Source of the DNA: an uncultured Gammaproteobacteria bacterium
GTDB taxonomy: Bacteria > Pseudomonadota > Gammaproteobacteria > UBA9214
Assembly: GCA_963748215.1 (NCBI GenBank)
Contig: CAVVHS010000009.1
Coordinates: 96,001-160,000, forward strand
DNA: 64,000 bases
Reading direction: 5' to 3'
In this document: piece after piece, positions 9,956 through 18,906 of the stretch
How positions within the stretch are numbered: the first letter of the stretch is position 1
Layout of the letters: every line of letters begins with the position of its first letter
Program-made: the position numbers and the translations under genes
The notes under the pieces: generated by a model
What the model saw: only the letters and a program-made list of their open reading frames with translations
Database searches by the model: none
Told to the model about the DNA's origin: nothing

Positions 9956-12160
9956 CTACCTTCTGAGAAATATTCTCGCGACACCGAAGCCGTCGCGCTG
10001 TGCTTGCTTGCCGTAGGTCAGTTCCCTGAATCCGGACGCGGCCAGCAGGGCATCGATCCCGTCCTGGCGATAGACGTCGGCCGTGGTGCGAATGGCAAAG
10101 ATGCGTCCGGTCATGGCGATGGCATCCGCCAGGGTGGCGAGCCGCTGCGGCCGGGCGAGATGGTGCTGGATGCCGAGGTAGAGCACGATGTCGTAGTGCG
10201 GCAGCAGCACCTGGCTGGCCGGTTCGCGGATCTCGTTCCATTCGTCCAGGTCGGCATGGATAAAGAAGTACGCGTCAGGGTAGGCGGCGCACAGCCCGGC
10301 GGCCGTGTGTACCCGGCTTTCGTCGATCTCGAGGCCATGCACAAGCCGCGCGCCCTGATCGAGACAGCGACGTGCAATCACGCCCTCGGCACAGCCGAAG
10401 TCGATGACCGTTGCGTCGCGGCAGTGCGCGAAGACGTATTCCAGGTCCTTGAAGCGCTCCGCCAGCGGCCATTTGCCATACAGACCGAGATCCGGCGCCA
10501 GCGTGTAATGGAACTTGCCATCGTCCCTGCACAGCGCGGCCAGGCGGCCGGCGTAGTGCGTCCAGTCGCAGCGGCAGATCTGTTCGCGTGCCCGGCCGAC
10601 CATGGCCGCGGCGGCATCCGGGTCTGCACACAACGCTGTCACGGCATCGGCGATGCTGTCCGCACTGGCACTGTCCAGCACCAGGGCGGTGTCCCCGTGA
10701 CGGGCAAAGGCCGACGTGCCGTGGGTTGTGCATACCAGTGGCACGCCACTCGCCATGGCCTCCGCCGCCAGGTTGGCCCAGCCGGCAAATTCCTCGGTAT
10801 GCACCACGATATCGACGCGGGCATAGAAGCCGGGCAGCTCAGCCTCGGATACCTGGCCCGCCAGTTCCAGGCGTCCCGACCTGACCAGGTCCTCGATGTC
10901 GGCCGTGTTTCCGGCAAAGCTGCCGAACAGGCGCGCCGTGAAATGTTCCGGCAGCTGCCGCAATGCCGCGAGCAGCGGTGCCGGGTTCTTGCTGGCGAGG
11001 CCGCCGAGTACGACTTTCTTCCGCGCTGACGGGGCGGCACGGTAAGGGGCGGGCGCAAAGCGGGCGGTATCGACGGCGCCTTCAAGCACGGCGAACTTGC
11101 GGGCCTGGAACTCCGTATAGCTGCCCGGCGACCAGTGCGCGTTGTTGAACACGACCAGGTCGGGCCGGAAGCTGCCGTTCACGGCGAGGAAGCGCGCCTT
11201 GAGCGAGGGATCGTTCAGGACGTGCTGGACCCGGTAACCGAAGTTGTCTGCCTGCAGCAGGGCGAAGCGGCGGATGGTTTCTTCCGGGAAACCCGCACCC
11301 GGCACCATGGTGGCCGTCCATTGCTGTCGTGCCGCCGTCTCGATATCCAGTACGGGGCACTCACTGTGCCAGGCCGGTTCGGAGCGGGCGGCAAGGGTCG
11401 CGAAACACAGTTCATGTCCCCAGGTGCGCAATTCCCTGGCCACGCGCTCGAAACGCAGCAGGCCGCCGCTCGCGATCAGGTCATGGCAGACGACCAGTAC
11501 CCGCAATTGCCCTGCGGTCTGTTCCTGTGCCGGCGCCAGCGCGGCGGCCAGCTTGCGCAGAAACGTGATCTTACCGACCCGTTCGACGATCTCGAAGCGC
11601 CGGCTCGCCAGCAGTTCCTCGATCACATGCGCAGGTCCGATCGCGGGATCCATGGAATCGTCGAAGGCGATGCATCCGCCGGGCTCGACAAACGGCTCCC
11701 AGCACTCGATATCCTTTTGCACGCCGGCGTGGGTGTGATCGCCGTCGATGAACAGCAGCCCGATCGGTCCGCGCCATGCCCGGGCAGCCGCCTCACTGGT
11801 AAGGTTGACCAGCGCGACCCGGTCATAGTAGCCGGATTCGAGCATGATCCGGTAAAAGGCGCCCCGATCTTCCGCGCCGAATATGCCACCGTAAACGCCG
11901 GTGAAATCCGCGTGCGGGTCGACACACACAATGCGGCCGGACGCAGCGGGATTGTGGTGCAGACCGTGGGCGAGTGACACGGCCGATTTCCCCCGGAAGC
12001 TGCCGATTTCGACAATGTCGCCATGGCCGACGTCTGCCGCGTGGCGTGCCAGCGCCATGCCTTCCTCGGGCGAGATGCCGCCCCTGTGGCTGTTGAGAAA
12101 GCGCACGAAGTCAAAGGGCGCATGCGCTTCCTGGTGTGCACAGTTATCGGTAAGCTGCAT
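9956..12160 (-). CDS. Tri-domain SAM methyltransferase / GT4 glycosyltransferase / SAM methyltransferase
   Basis: N-terminal IVEIGSFRGKS...LLFIDGDH (Methyltransf_24-like); central GT4 E-x7-E (EFAGWANLAAEAMASGVP); C-terminal VIDFGCAEG; RBS GGAGAGG before ATG 12160. Confidence 0.85.
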   Translation of the reverse strand: MQLTDNCAHQEAHAPFDFVRFLNSHRGGISPEEGMALARHAADVGHGDIVEIGSFRGKSAVSLAHGLHHNPAASGRIVCVDPHADFTGVYGGIFGAEDRGAFYRIMLESGYYDRVALVNLTSEAAARAWRGPIGLLFIDGDHTHAGVQKDIECWEPFVEPGGCIAFDDSMDPAIGPAHVIEELLASRRFEIVERVGKITFLRKLAAALAPAQEQTAGQLRVLVVCHDLIASGGLLRFERVARELRTWGHELCFATLAARSEPAWHSECPVLDIETAARQQWTATMVPGAGFPEETIRRFALLQADNFGYRVQHVLNDPSLKARFLAVNGSFRPDLVVFNNAHWSPGSYTEFQARKFAVLEGAVDTARFAPAPYRAAPSARKKVVLGGLASKNPAPLLAALRQLPEHFTARLFGSFAGNTADIEDLVRSGRLELAGQVSEAELPGFYARVDIVVHTEEFAGWANLAAEAMASGVPLVCTTHGTSAFARHGDTALVLDSASADSIADAVTALCADPDAAAAMVGRAREQICRCDWTHYAGRLAALCRDDGKFHYTLAPDLGLYGKWPLAERFKDLEYVFAHCRDATVIDFGCAEGVIARRCLDQGARLVHGLEIDESRVHTAAGLCAAYPDAYFFIHADLDEWNEIREPASQVLLPHYDIVLYLGIQHHLARPQRLATLADAIAMTGRIFAIRTTADVYRQDGIDALLAASGFRELTYGKQAQRDGFGVARIFLRR

Positions 12161-12195
12161 TGACCTCTCCATGGATAGCGTTGAACTGCTGCGGA

Positions 12196-13149
12196 TCAGG
12201 ATGCGTTGCCCTGCTGCAAACGCGGTTGCGCATCCGGGTCATCATTGAACATTGTCGCGCAGAATGTCCGGAATTCCCGGTATTCGTGCGTCAACGGCAT
12301 GGCAAACGGGTCGTCCAGGTTCCAGACGATATTGATATGCCAGTCCGCCAGCAGTGCCGAGCGCTGCCTGTCCCATACCTGGTAGACAGCCAGGTCGTCC
12401 GTCTCGACGGCGCGCTGCTTGAGTCGTGACAGGTTCCACAGCAGCGCTCCCAGGCGCACGCCGAACTTGCGGTCGAAGTCGTCCGCGCCCGGTGTCCAGG
12501 CGCGGACCCTGAAGGCATCCTGTTGCAGCAGGAAGGCCGAGAACAGCCGCTCGATGATGAAGATGCGCATGGCCGCGCTGGCGTCCCGTTCGTACTGGCC
12601 GCTGCCGCTGTAGATCTGTCCTACCTCCGTGCCGGCGACGGCTGCTGCGTCAAGCAGCGCCAGCGCACGATCGATGAACGCGAAATAGGCATCCCAGAAA
12701 CGCCTGTTGGCGACGAAGTAATTGCAGAAGGCAAAGGTGCTGGTGTCGCAGACCGTGGCCACCTGGATACCCATATTCTGTTCGAGAAAATAGGCGATCT
12801 TTTCGATGCCCGTGTGCGCGCAGTGGATGCCCTGTTCCCAGCCGTTGGCGTACACGGCCTCGTTGCCGATCATGGGATTGATGAACGCACAGTCGGCCCC
12901 CGCGTCGAAGGCCGAGCGGCAGAAGGCATGGAAGTCACGGAAAGCGACCGGTGCCTTGTGCTCGAACTTCCAGGACACCAGTCCCCAGGGTTCATTGGCG
13001 TCGCGGTTGGCCGGATCTGCATGCAATTGCTTGAACAATTCGTATTCCCGTGTGCCGGGCGCGCGGTTCGCCGAGGCATCAAACGGGATGGCACCGTCGC
13101 AGACGAATGCCCGTTGCTCCACATCCATGTAGGCCTGGTAAATTTTCAT
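12196..13149 (-). CDS. Hypothetical protein, possibly glycosyltransferase-like; first gene of the island
   Basis: 317-aa ORF with WGLVSWKF, FCNYFVA and IIERLFS motifs; operon context. Confidence 0.6.
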   Translation of the reverse strand: MKIYQAYMDVEQRAFVCDGAIPFDASANRAPGTREYELFKQLHADPANRDANEPWGLVSWKFEHKAPVAFRDFHAFCRSAFDAGADCAFINPMIGNEAVYANGWEQGIHCAHTGIEKIAYFLEQNMGIQVATVCDTSTFAFCNYFVANRRFWDAYFAFIDRALALLDAAAVAGTEVGQIYSGSGQYERDASAAMRIFIIERLFSAFLLQQDAFRVRAWTPGADDFDRKFGVRLGALLWNLSRLKQRAVETDDLAVYQVWDRQRSALLADWHINIVWNLDDPFAMPLTHEYREFRTFCATMFNDDPDAQPRLQQGNAS

Positions 13150-13186
13150 ATCCCTGAAAATTCGCTGTGTTGACGGAATGAATCAC

Positions 13187-13202
13187 TGCAAGACACATGC
13201 CA
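13187..13202 (-). promoter_or_regulatory. sigma54 promoter for the glycan-modification island
   Basis: Minus strand TGGCAT-GTGTC-TTGCA, ~38 bp upstream of ATG 13149. Confidence 0.75.
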
Positions 13203-13652
13203 TGTCGCTGGAGCGGGCTGTCTGTCGTGAGTCTGCCGCCGTCGAGCTGGCTACGCGGCCGCTTCGGTGATGGTGGAAACGCAGTGCATTGCGGAGGGTC
13301 GCCCGATCGTGGTCGGGCGTCAAACGTGCGGCGAACACCCGCCAGTCGCACGCAGGGCAATGAATCCTATAAGGATATCGGTTCGGTTGGGGCCGCTTGC
13401 CGCGCCGTACCGGCTGCGACAAGCCCGCAAACAGCGCTTACTCCATCGCTGTGTCTGCGGTGCCGCAAGACAGTACGGCGTTGATGTACCGGCTGGTAGC
13501 AACCGGCGTTGCCTGCAAATCCTTGCCGCCAGCCTGCCGGAATCCCGGCAATCCTTTGCCGCCTGCCAAACCTGTAGCGCCGCATTTCCGGCACATGATT
13601 TGTTAGCAATTTTAAGCGACTGAAATTAATGGTGAATTTGTTTGTGTAACTG

Positions 13653-13668
13653 TGGCATAGCAATTGCA
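13653..13668 (+). promoter_or_regulatory. sigma54 promoter for the fliM operon
   Basis: TGGCAT-AGCAA-TTGCA, nearly identical to the fliL promoter. Confidence 0.8.
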
Positions 13669-13750
13669 TTACCTGAACCAGACGCCAGCCGCAGCGTGCA
13701 ATCGCAAACTGTGACTGGATTCATGGATGAAGTACGCAAGCAGGATGCTT

Positions 13751-13972
13751 ATGAAGAAGATCGTTCTTTCTGTCATGGCAGTGGTGCTGGCGCCGCGTGG
13801 CGACAGTGGCGCTGACCGCTCCACTCGCGCTGTTGCAAACGATCCGGTCACGCCGGCCGCGGACGGCCGTGTCGCGATGCCGGGACATGCACAGCGTGCG
13901 GATCGCTCCTGTGCCCTCCACGCTGATGAACCGGTGCGCCTGATCAGGACGCAGCGGGTTACGGTGCACTAG
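13751..13972 (+). pseudogene. Degenerate duplicate of the fliL 5' end
   Basis: GCTTATGAAGAAGATC identical to the fliL start; MKKIVLSVMAVVL..G.A...NDPVTPA aligns with FliL MKKIIIIAVAVLL..GGA...KDPETQA; no FliL C-terminal domain. Confidence 0.6.
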
Positions 13973-13976
13973 CACC

Positions 13977-14969
13977 ATGAGCGAGAACGAAATACTTTCG
14001 GAAGAAGAAGTCGATGCCCTGATGGACGGCGTTGCAGCCGGCGAGGTCGCCGGCGCGCCGCCGGTCCCCAGGGGCGAGGTGCTGCCCTACGATCTGACCG
14101 ACCAGGACCATATCGTACGGGGCCAGCTACCGGTGCTGGAAAAGATCAATGCGCGCTTCGTGCGCCAGCTGGAAGACGGCTTCGAACAGATGCTGCAGCG
14201 CAGCGTCGAGATTTCCGAGGAAGGTCTGCAGACGGTCCGCGCCACGGACTACATCCACAGTCTGGGGCTGCCGGTCAGCCTGAATTTCATCAATATCAAT
14301 CCACTCGCCGGCGAAGCGCTGGTGGTGCTGGATCCGGCGCTGGTATTCAGTGTCGTGGACATCTATTTCGGCGGTTCCGGCAAGTATCGCAACCAGATGA
14401 TCGGACGCGAGTTCACGCCGACGGAACACCGCGTCATCCAGCTGATCCTGAACCAGACCCTGCGGGATCTCGCCGGCGCCTGGGAAAAGGTGCTGGTGGT
14501 GGACCCGCGCTTTATCCGGGCCGAGGCCGATCCGCAGTACTCGTCGCTGGCAGGATCGCGCGAGATGCTCATCATTTCCAGTTTCCGCATGGAAATCGAG
14601 GACAGCGGCGGCGAATTCCACATCGGCCTGCCGGTATCGATGATCGAGCCGATCCGCGACCTGCTGGACGGCGGGCAGCGCAAGAGCATGTCGGCCAATT
14701 ACGAACAGTGGCTGCACGCCCTGCAGCGGAACCTGCAGGATGCGGAGGTGGAGGTCTACGGCCGCATGGCGGAGACCGCGCTGACCCTGCGCGACGTGGT
14801 CGGCATGCAGCCCGGTGACATTATCCCGGTGAGCATGCCCGGCCAGGTAACCCTGCATGTCGGCGATGTGCCGCTGTTCAGGGGGCAGTTCGGGGTCTTC
14901 AGGGAGCATAACGCGGTCAAGGTTGAGACCGATGTCGAATGCAACGACAAATCACGGCGCAATAAATAG
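13977..14969 (+). CDS. fliM: Flagellar motor switch protein FliM
   Basis: ILSEEEVDALM CheY-binding N-terminus, YFGGSG, REFTPTE, C-terminal SpoA domain. Confidence 0.96.
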   Translation: MSENEILSEEEVDALMDGVAAGEVAGAPPVPRGEVLPYDLTDQDHIVRGQLPVLEKINARFVRQLEDGFEQMLQRSVEISEEGLQTVRATDYIHSLGLPVSLNFININPLAGEALVVLDPALVFSVVDIYFGGSGKYRNQMIGREFTPTEHRVIQLILNQTLRDLAGAWEKVLVVDPRFIRAEADPQYSSLAGSREMLIISSFRMEIEDSGGEFHIGLPVSMIEPIRDLLDGGQRKSMSANYEQWLHALQRNLQDAEVEVYGRMAETALTLRDVVGMQPGDIIPVSMPGQVTLHVGDVPLFRGQFGVFREHNAVKVETDVECNDKSRRNK

Positions 14970-14981
14970 CAGGAGCACATC

Positions 14982-15407
14982 ATGAGTGAACAGACAGAAG
15001 GCAAGGAAATGGACACTGGCGATGCCGCCGCGACACCGGCGCAGGCCGCCCCGGATACGGCAGACGGCGCAGCACAGGGCAGCACGGATTACGAGCGTGC
15101 CGCCTTCCAGGAACTCGGCGAGGAAGCCGGTGCTGCGCGCAAGGGTGAAACCAGCCTGGACGTGATTCTCGATATACCGGTCACGCTGTCCATGGAAATC
15201 GGGCGTTCGAAAATCAGCATCGAGAACCTGCTGCAGCTGGCGCGCGGTTCGGTCGTGGAGCTGGACCGCATGGCCGGCGAACCGCTGGACGTGCTGGTCA
15301 ACGGCACACTGGTGGCGCACGGCGAGGTGGTGGTGGTGAACGACAAGTTCGGTGTCCGCCTCAGCGATGTCGTCAGTCCGGCCGAGCGGGTCAACACACT
15401 CAAGTAA
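14982..15407 (+). CDS. fliN: Flagellar motor switch protein FliN
   Basis: LDVILDIPV, GEVVVVNDKFGVR. Confidence 0.97.
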   Translation: MSEQTEGKEMDTGDAAATPAQAAPDTADGAAQGSTDYERAAFQELGEEAGAARKGETSLDVILDIPVTLSMEIGRSKISIENLLQLARGSVVELDRMAGEPLDVLVNGTLVAHGEVVVVNDKFGVRLSDVVSPAERVNTLK

Positions 15408-15420
15408 CGGGATGACGTCC

Positions 15421-15882
15421 ATGCGCAGAATGTCGGTCAATCATCTGTGGCGGCAAGCAGCCGGCCTGTTGCTTGCATTGCCGGCGGCCGGGTCGCTGCC
15501 GGCTGCCGAAAAGGCCCCGTCGCCGATCGGCATGGCCAGCGAGATCATGGACGGCGCCTTCATGCTGCAGTTTCTTGCCGGCCTGGCCATCGTGCTGGTC
15601 TGCATCGTCGGCCTGGCGTGGCTGATGAAACGTGCCGGCGGTCTGCGTTCCTCGGCGCAGGGCACCCTGCGTGTCATCGACGGCATCGCGCTCAGCGCAC
15701 GCGAACGCATTGTACTGGTCCAGGTCGGTGATACCCAGGTGTTGCTGGGCGTGGCGCCGGGCCGGGTCAACCGTGTGCATGTACTGGATGAAAAGGTGGT
15801 GACGGTGGCGCAGGCGGAAACTGTGCCGGTCAATTTCGCTGAACGCCTGAAACAGGTGATGGGCGGGGAGAAGCAGACATGA
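15421..15882 (+). CDS. fliO: Flagellar biosynthetic protein FliO
   Basis: TM followed by [13 protein letters not shown]...LLGV; start codon uncertain (15412-15430). Confidence 0.9.
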   Translation: MRRMSVNHLWRQAAGLLLALPAAGSLPAAEKAPSPIGMASEIMDGAFMLQFLAGLAIVLVCIVGLAWLMKRAGGLRSSAQGTLRVIDGIALSARERIVLVQVGDTQVLLGVAPGRVNRVHVLDEKVVTVAQAETVPVNFAERLKQVMGGEKQT

Positions 15883-16637
15883 AAACGCTTGCCGTGCTTG
15901 CCGGATTGCTGTTGCTGATGCTGGCCTTGCCGTTCGGAACGGCCGTCGCGGCGCCCGGGCTGGCGGCCGTGACGATGGCGCCGGCCAGTGGCGGTGGCGA
16001 AACCTGGTCGGTGAGCATACAGGTGCTGGCGATGATGACGGCACTCTCGCTGCTGCCGGCCGCGCTGATCTCGATGACCTCGTTCACGCGCATCATCATC
16101 GTGCTGGCCATCCTGCGCCAGGCGCTGGGTACGGCGCAGACGCCCTCCAACCAGATCCTGATCGGACTGTCGCTGTTCCTGACCCTGTTCGTGATGTCGC
16201 CGGTGTTCGGCAAGATCTACGACGAGAGCCTGAAGCCGTATCTCGATGAACAGATCACGACGGAGCAGGCCCTTGCGCAGGGTGCCGCCCCGCTGCGCGG
16301 ATTCATGCTGGACCAGACCCGTGAATCCGATCTCGGTATGTTCGCCGATATCGCGCACTACGAGGAGGATGCACTGGAATCGCGGGAGTCGGTGCCGTTT
16401 TCACTGCTGGTCCCGGCCTACGTGACCAGTGAACTGAAAACCGCCTTCCAGATCGGCTTCCTGGTGCTGATCCCGTTCCTGGTCATCGACCTGGTCGTGG
16501 CCAGTGTGCTGATGTCGATGGGCATGATGATGCTGTCGCCCATGATCATCTCGCTGCCGTTCAAGATAATGCTGTTCGTACTGGTCGATGGCTGGGCCCT
16601 GATCATGGGCACGCTGGCCTCGAGTTTCTATGTCTAG
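15879..16637 (+). CDS. fliP: Flagellar export gate protein FliP
   Basis: [36 protein letters not shown]. Confidence 0.97.
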   Translation: MKTLAVLAGLLLLMLALPFGTAVAAPGLAAVTMAPASGGGETWSVSIQVLAMMTALSLLPAALISMTSFTRIIIVLAILRQALGTAQTPSNQILIGLSLFLTLFVMSPVFGKIYDESLKPYLDEQITTEQALAQGAAPLRGFMLDQTRESDLGMFADIAHYEEDALESRESVPFSLLVPAYVTSELKTAFQIGFLVLIPFLVIDLVVASVLMSMGMMMLSPMIISLPFKIMLFVLVDGWALIMGTLASSFYV

Positions 16638-16683
16638 GCGGCCGTTGTACGGCCGCGCAGGCTGACTCACGGAGAGAGTTGCG

Positions 16684-16953
16684 ATGACACCGGAAAGTGT
16701 AATTCTGATCGGACAGGAGGCCATCAAGATCACGATACTCATGTCCGCGCCCATACTGGGATCGGCGCTGGCCGTCGGCCTGCTGGTCGGCATGTTCCAG
16801 GCCGCCACCCAGATCCAGGAAATGACGCTCAGTTTCATACCGAAGCTGGCCATGATCGCGACGATGCTGATGTTCGCCGGGACCTGGATGATTCACCTGG
16901 TGGTGGATTTCACGCGGCGCCTGTTCGAGAACATCCCGAACCTGATTGGCTGA
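16684..16953 (+). CDS. fliQ: Flagellar export gate protein FliQ
   Basis: FQAATQIQEMTLSFIPK. Confidence 0.97.
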   Translation: MTPESVILIGQEAIKITILMSAPILGSALAVGLLVGMFQAATQIQEMTLSFIPKLAMIATMLMFAGTWMIHLVVDFTRRLFENIPNLIG

Positions 16954-16966
16954 ATTGGAACCGGCG

Positions 16967-17749
16967 ATGCTCACTGTCAGCAGCATGCAACTGAACGCCT
17001 GGGTGGCCGCCTTCCTGTGGCCGTTCATGCGCATCGGCGCAATGCTGGTGGCGGCGCCGGTGTTCGGCGCACGCATGGTGCCGGTGCGCGTACGGCTGGC
17101 GCTGGCACTGGTACTGGCGCTGATGATGGCGCCGATGGTGTCGCAGGATGTGGCGGCCATCGATCCGCTCAGTGCGCAGGGCCTGCTGATCAGCGCGCAA
17201 CAGCTGCTGATCGGGGCGGCCATGGGTTTCATCCTGCAGATGGCGTTTTCGGCGATCGTGATCGGGGCGCAATCGATCGCCATGAGCATGGGCCTTGGCT
17301 TCGCGACGGCGGTGGATCCGCAGAATGGCGTTCAGGTGCCGGTAATCGCGCAGTATTACCTGACGCTGGCCACGCTGATCTTCCTCGCGCTGAATGGCCA
17401 CCTGTTGCTGGTGCAGATACTGGTCGACAGTTTCCAGACCCTGCCGGTCGGCGTGATCGGGCTGTCCTCGGCCGGGCTGTGGGATATCGTCAACTGGGGC
17501 GGGCGCATGTTTGTCGGTGCCGTGCTGATCGCATTGACCGGGATCTCCGCCCTGCTGCTGATCAACCTCGCGTTCGGCGTGATGAGCCGTGCCGCGCCGC
17601 AGCTGAATATTTTCGGTGTGGGTTTCCCGGTCATGATGGGCGCCGGCTTTATCGTAATCATGGTGAGCCTGCCGGGCATGACGCCGCATGTGTCGAACCT
17701 CACGCTGGATGCCTTCGACCTGCTGCGTTCGCTGCTGGCGGGAGTGTGA
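16967..17749 (+). CDS. fliR: Flagellar export gate protein FliR
   Basis: Multi-TM; MGLGFA..VDP, LNGHL, RAAPQLNIF. Confidence 0.96.
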   Translation: MLTVSSMQLNAWVAAFLWPFMRIGAMLVAAPVFGARMVPVRVRLALALVLALMMAPMVSQDVAAIDPLSAQGLLISAQQLLIGAAMGFILQMAFSAIVIGAQSIAMSMGLGFATAVDPQNGVQVPVIAQYYLTLATLIFLALNGHLLLVQILVDSFQTLPVGVIGLSSAGLWDIVNWGGRMFVGAVLIALTGISALLLINLAFGVMSRAAPQLNIFGVGFPVMMGAGFIVIMVSLPGMTPHVSNLTLDAFDLLRSLLAGV

Positions 17750-17752
17750 TGC

Positions 17753-18886
17753 ATGGCTGATCAAAGCGGCATGGAGCGTACCGAACGCGCCACCCCCAAA
17801 CGCATTCAGGATGCCCGCGAAAAGGGCCAGGTCCCGCGCTCGCGCGATCTCAATACCGTGTTGCTGATGCTGGCATCCTCCGGCGGCCTGCTGGCCTTCG
17901 GCGGCGTCATGACCGAGGGCCTGGCGCGCCAGATGACGGCGGCGTTTACCCGTACGCGTGACAGCCTGTTCGACCCGCTGACACTGTCGCCGTTTCTCGG
18001 GCAGGTGCTGGTTGAGGTGAGTCTGGCGTTTGCGCCGTTCCTGCTGTTGCTGTTCATGGTCGCGCTGATGGCGCCCATGGCGCTGGGGGGGTGGTCCTTC
18101 AGTCTCAAGGCACTGGCGCTGAATTTCGGCAAGCTCGACCCCGTCAAGGGATTCGGTCGCATCTTCTCGATGCGTGCGCCGGTCGAGGCGCTGAAGTCAT
18201 TCCTGAAATTCCTGGTTGTGGCGGTGGTGTGCTATCTGCTGCTCAAGCAGCGCGCCGACGAGCTGTTCGTACTGGGCAGCGAGCCGCTGGAAGCCGGCCT
18301 GAAGCATGCCGCGCACATCATCGGCTGGTCGTTCGTGGGCATGAGCGCGGTGCTGATACTGATCGCCGCGGCGGATGTCCCGTTCCAGCTCTGGGACCAT
18401 GCCAACAAGCTGAAAATGACCAAGCAGGAAACCAAGGACGAGAGCAAGCAGACCGAGGGCAGTCCGGAACTGAAGAGCCGCATTCGCGCCGTGCAGCGGC
18501 GCATGGCGCAGCAGCGCATGATGCAGGATGTGCCGACCGCGGATGTCTTGGTGACCAATCCGACGCACTACGCCGTTGCACTGCGCTACGACCAGGAGGG
18601 AACGGGCGCACCGCGGGTGGTTGCCTCCGGTGCCGATCTGATCGCCGCCGAAATACGCAAGGTCGCCGTCGCCAATAACGTAACCATTGTCGAGGCCCCG
18701 CCGCTGGCCCGTGCGCTGTACTACAACGCGGACATCGGCCAGGAAATCCCGGCCGGGCTGTATGTCGCCGTGGCGCAGCTGCTGGCCTACGTCTTCCAGT
18801 TGCGCGCCGTCCGTACCAGCGGCAGGCAACCGCCGGTGCTCCCGGAGGCATTCCCGATCCCGCCGGAGTTACGCAGGGACCAGTGA
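17753..18886 (+). CDS. flhB: Flagellar biosynthesis protein FlhB
   Basis: NPTH autocleavage motif; TERATPKR. Confidence 0.97.
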   Translation: MADQSGMERTERATPKRIQDAREKGQVPRSRDLNTVLLMLASSGGLLAFGGVMTEGLARQMTAAFTRTRDSLFDPLTLSPFLGQVLVEVSLAFAPFLLLLFMVALMAPMALGGWSFSLKALALNFGKLDPVKGFGRIFSMRAPVEALKSFLKFLVVAVVCYLLLKQRADELFVLGSEPLEAGLKHAAHIIGWSFVGMSAVLILIAAADVPFQLWDHANKLKMTKQETKDESKQTEGSPELKSRIRAVQRRMAQQRMMQDVPTADVLVTNPTHYAVALRYDQEGTGAPRVVASGADLIAAEIRKVAVANNVTIVEAPPLARALYYNADIGQEIPAGLYVAVAQLLAYVFQLRAVRTSGRQPPVLPEAFPIPPELRRDQ

Positions 18887-18906
18887 TTCGCAAGGCAAGG
18901 TGAAAC

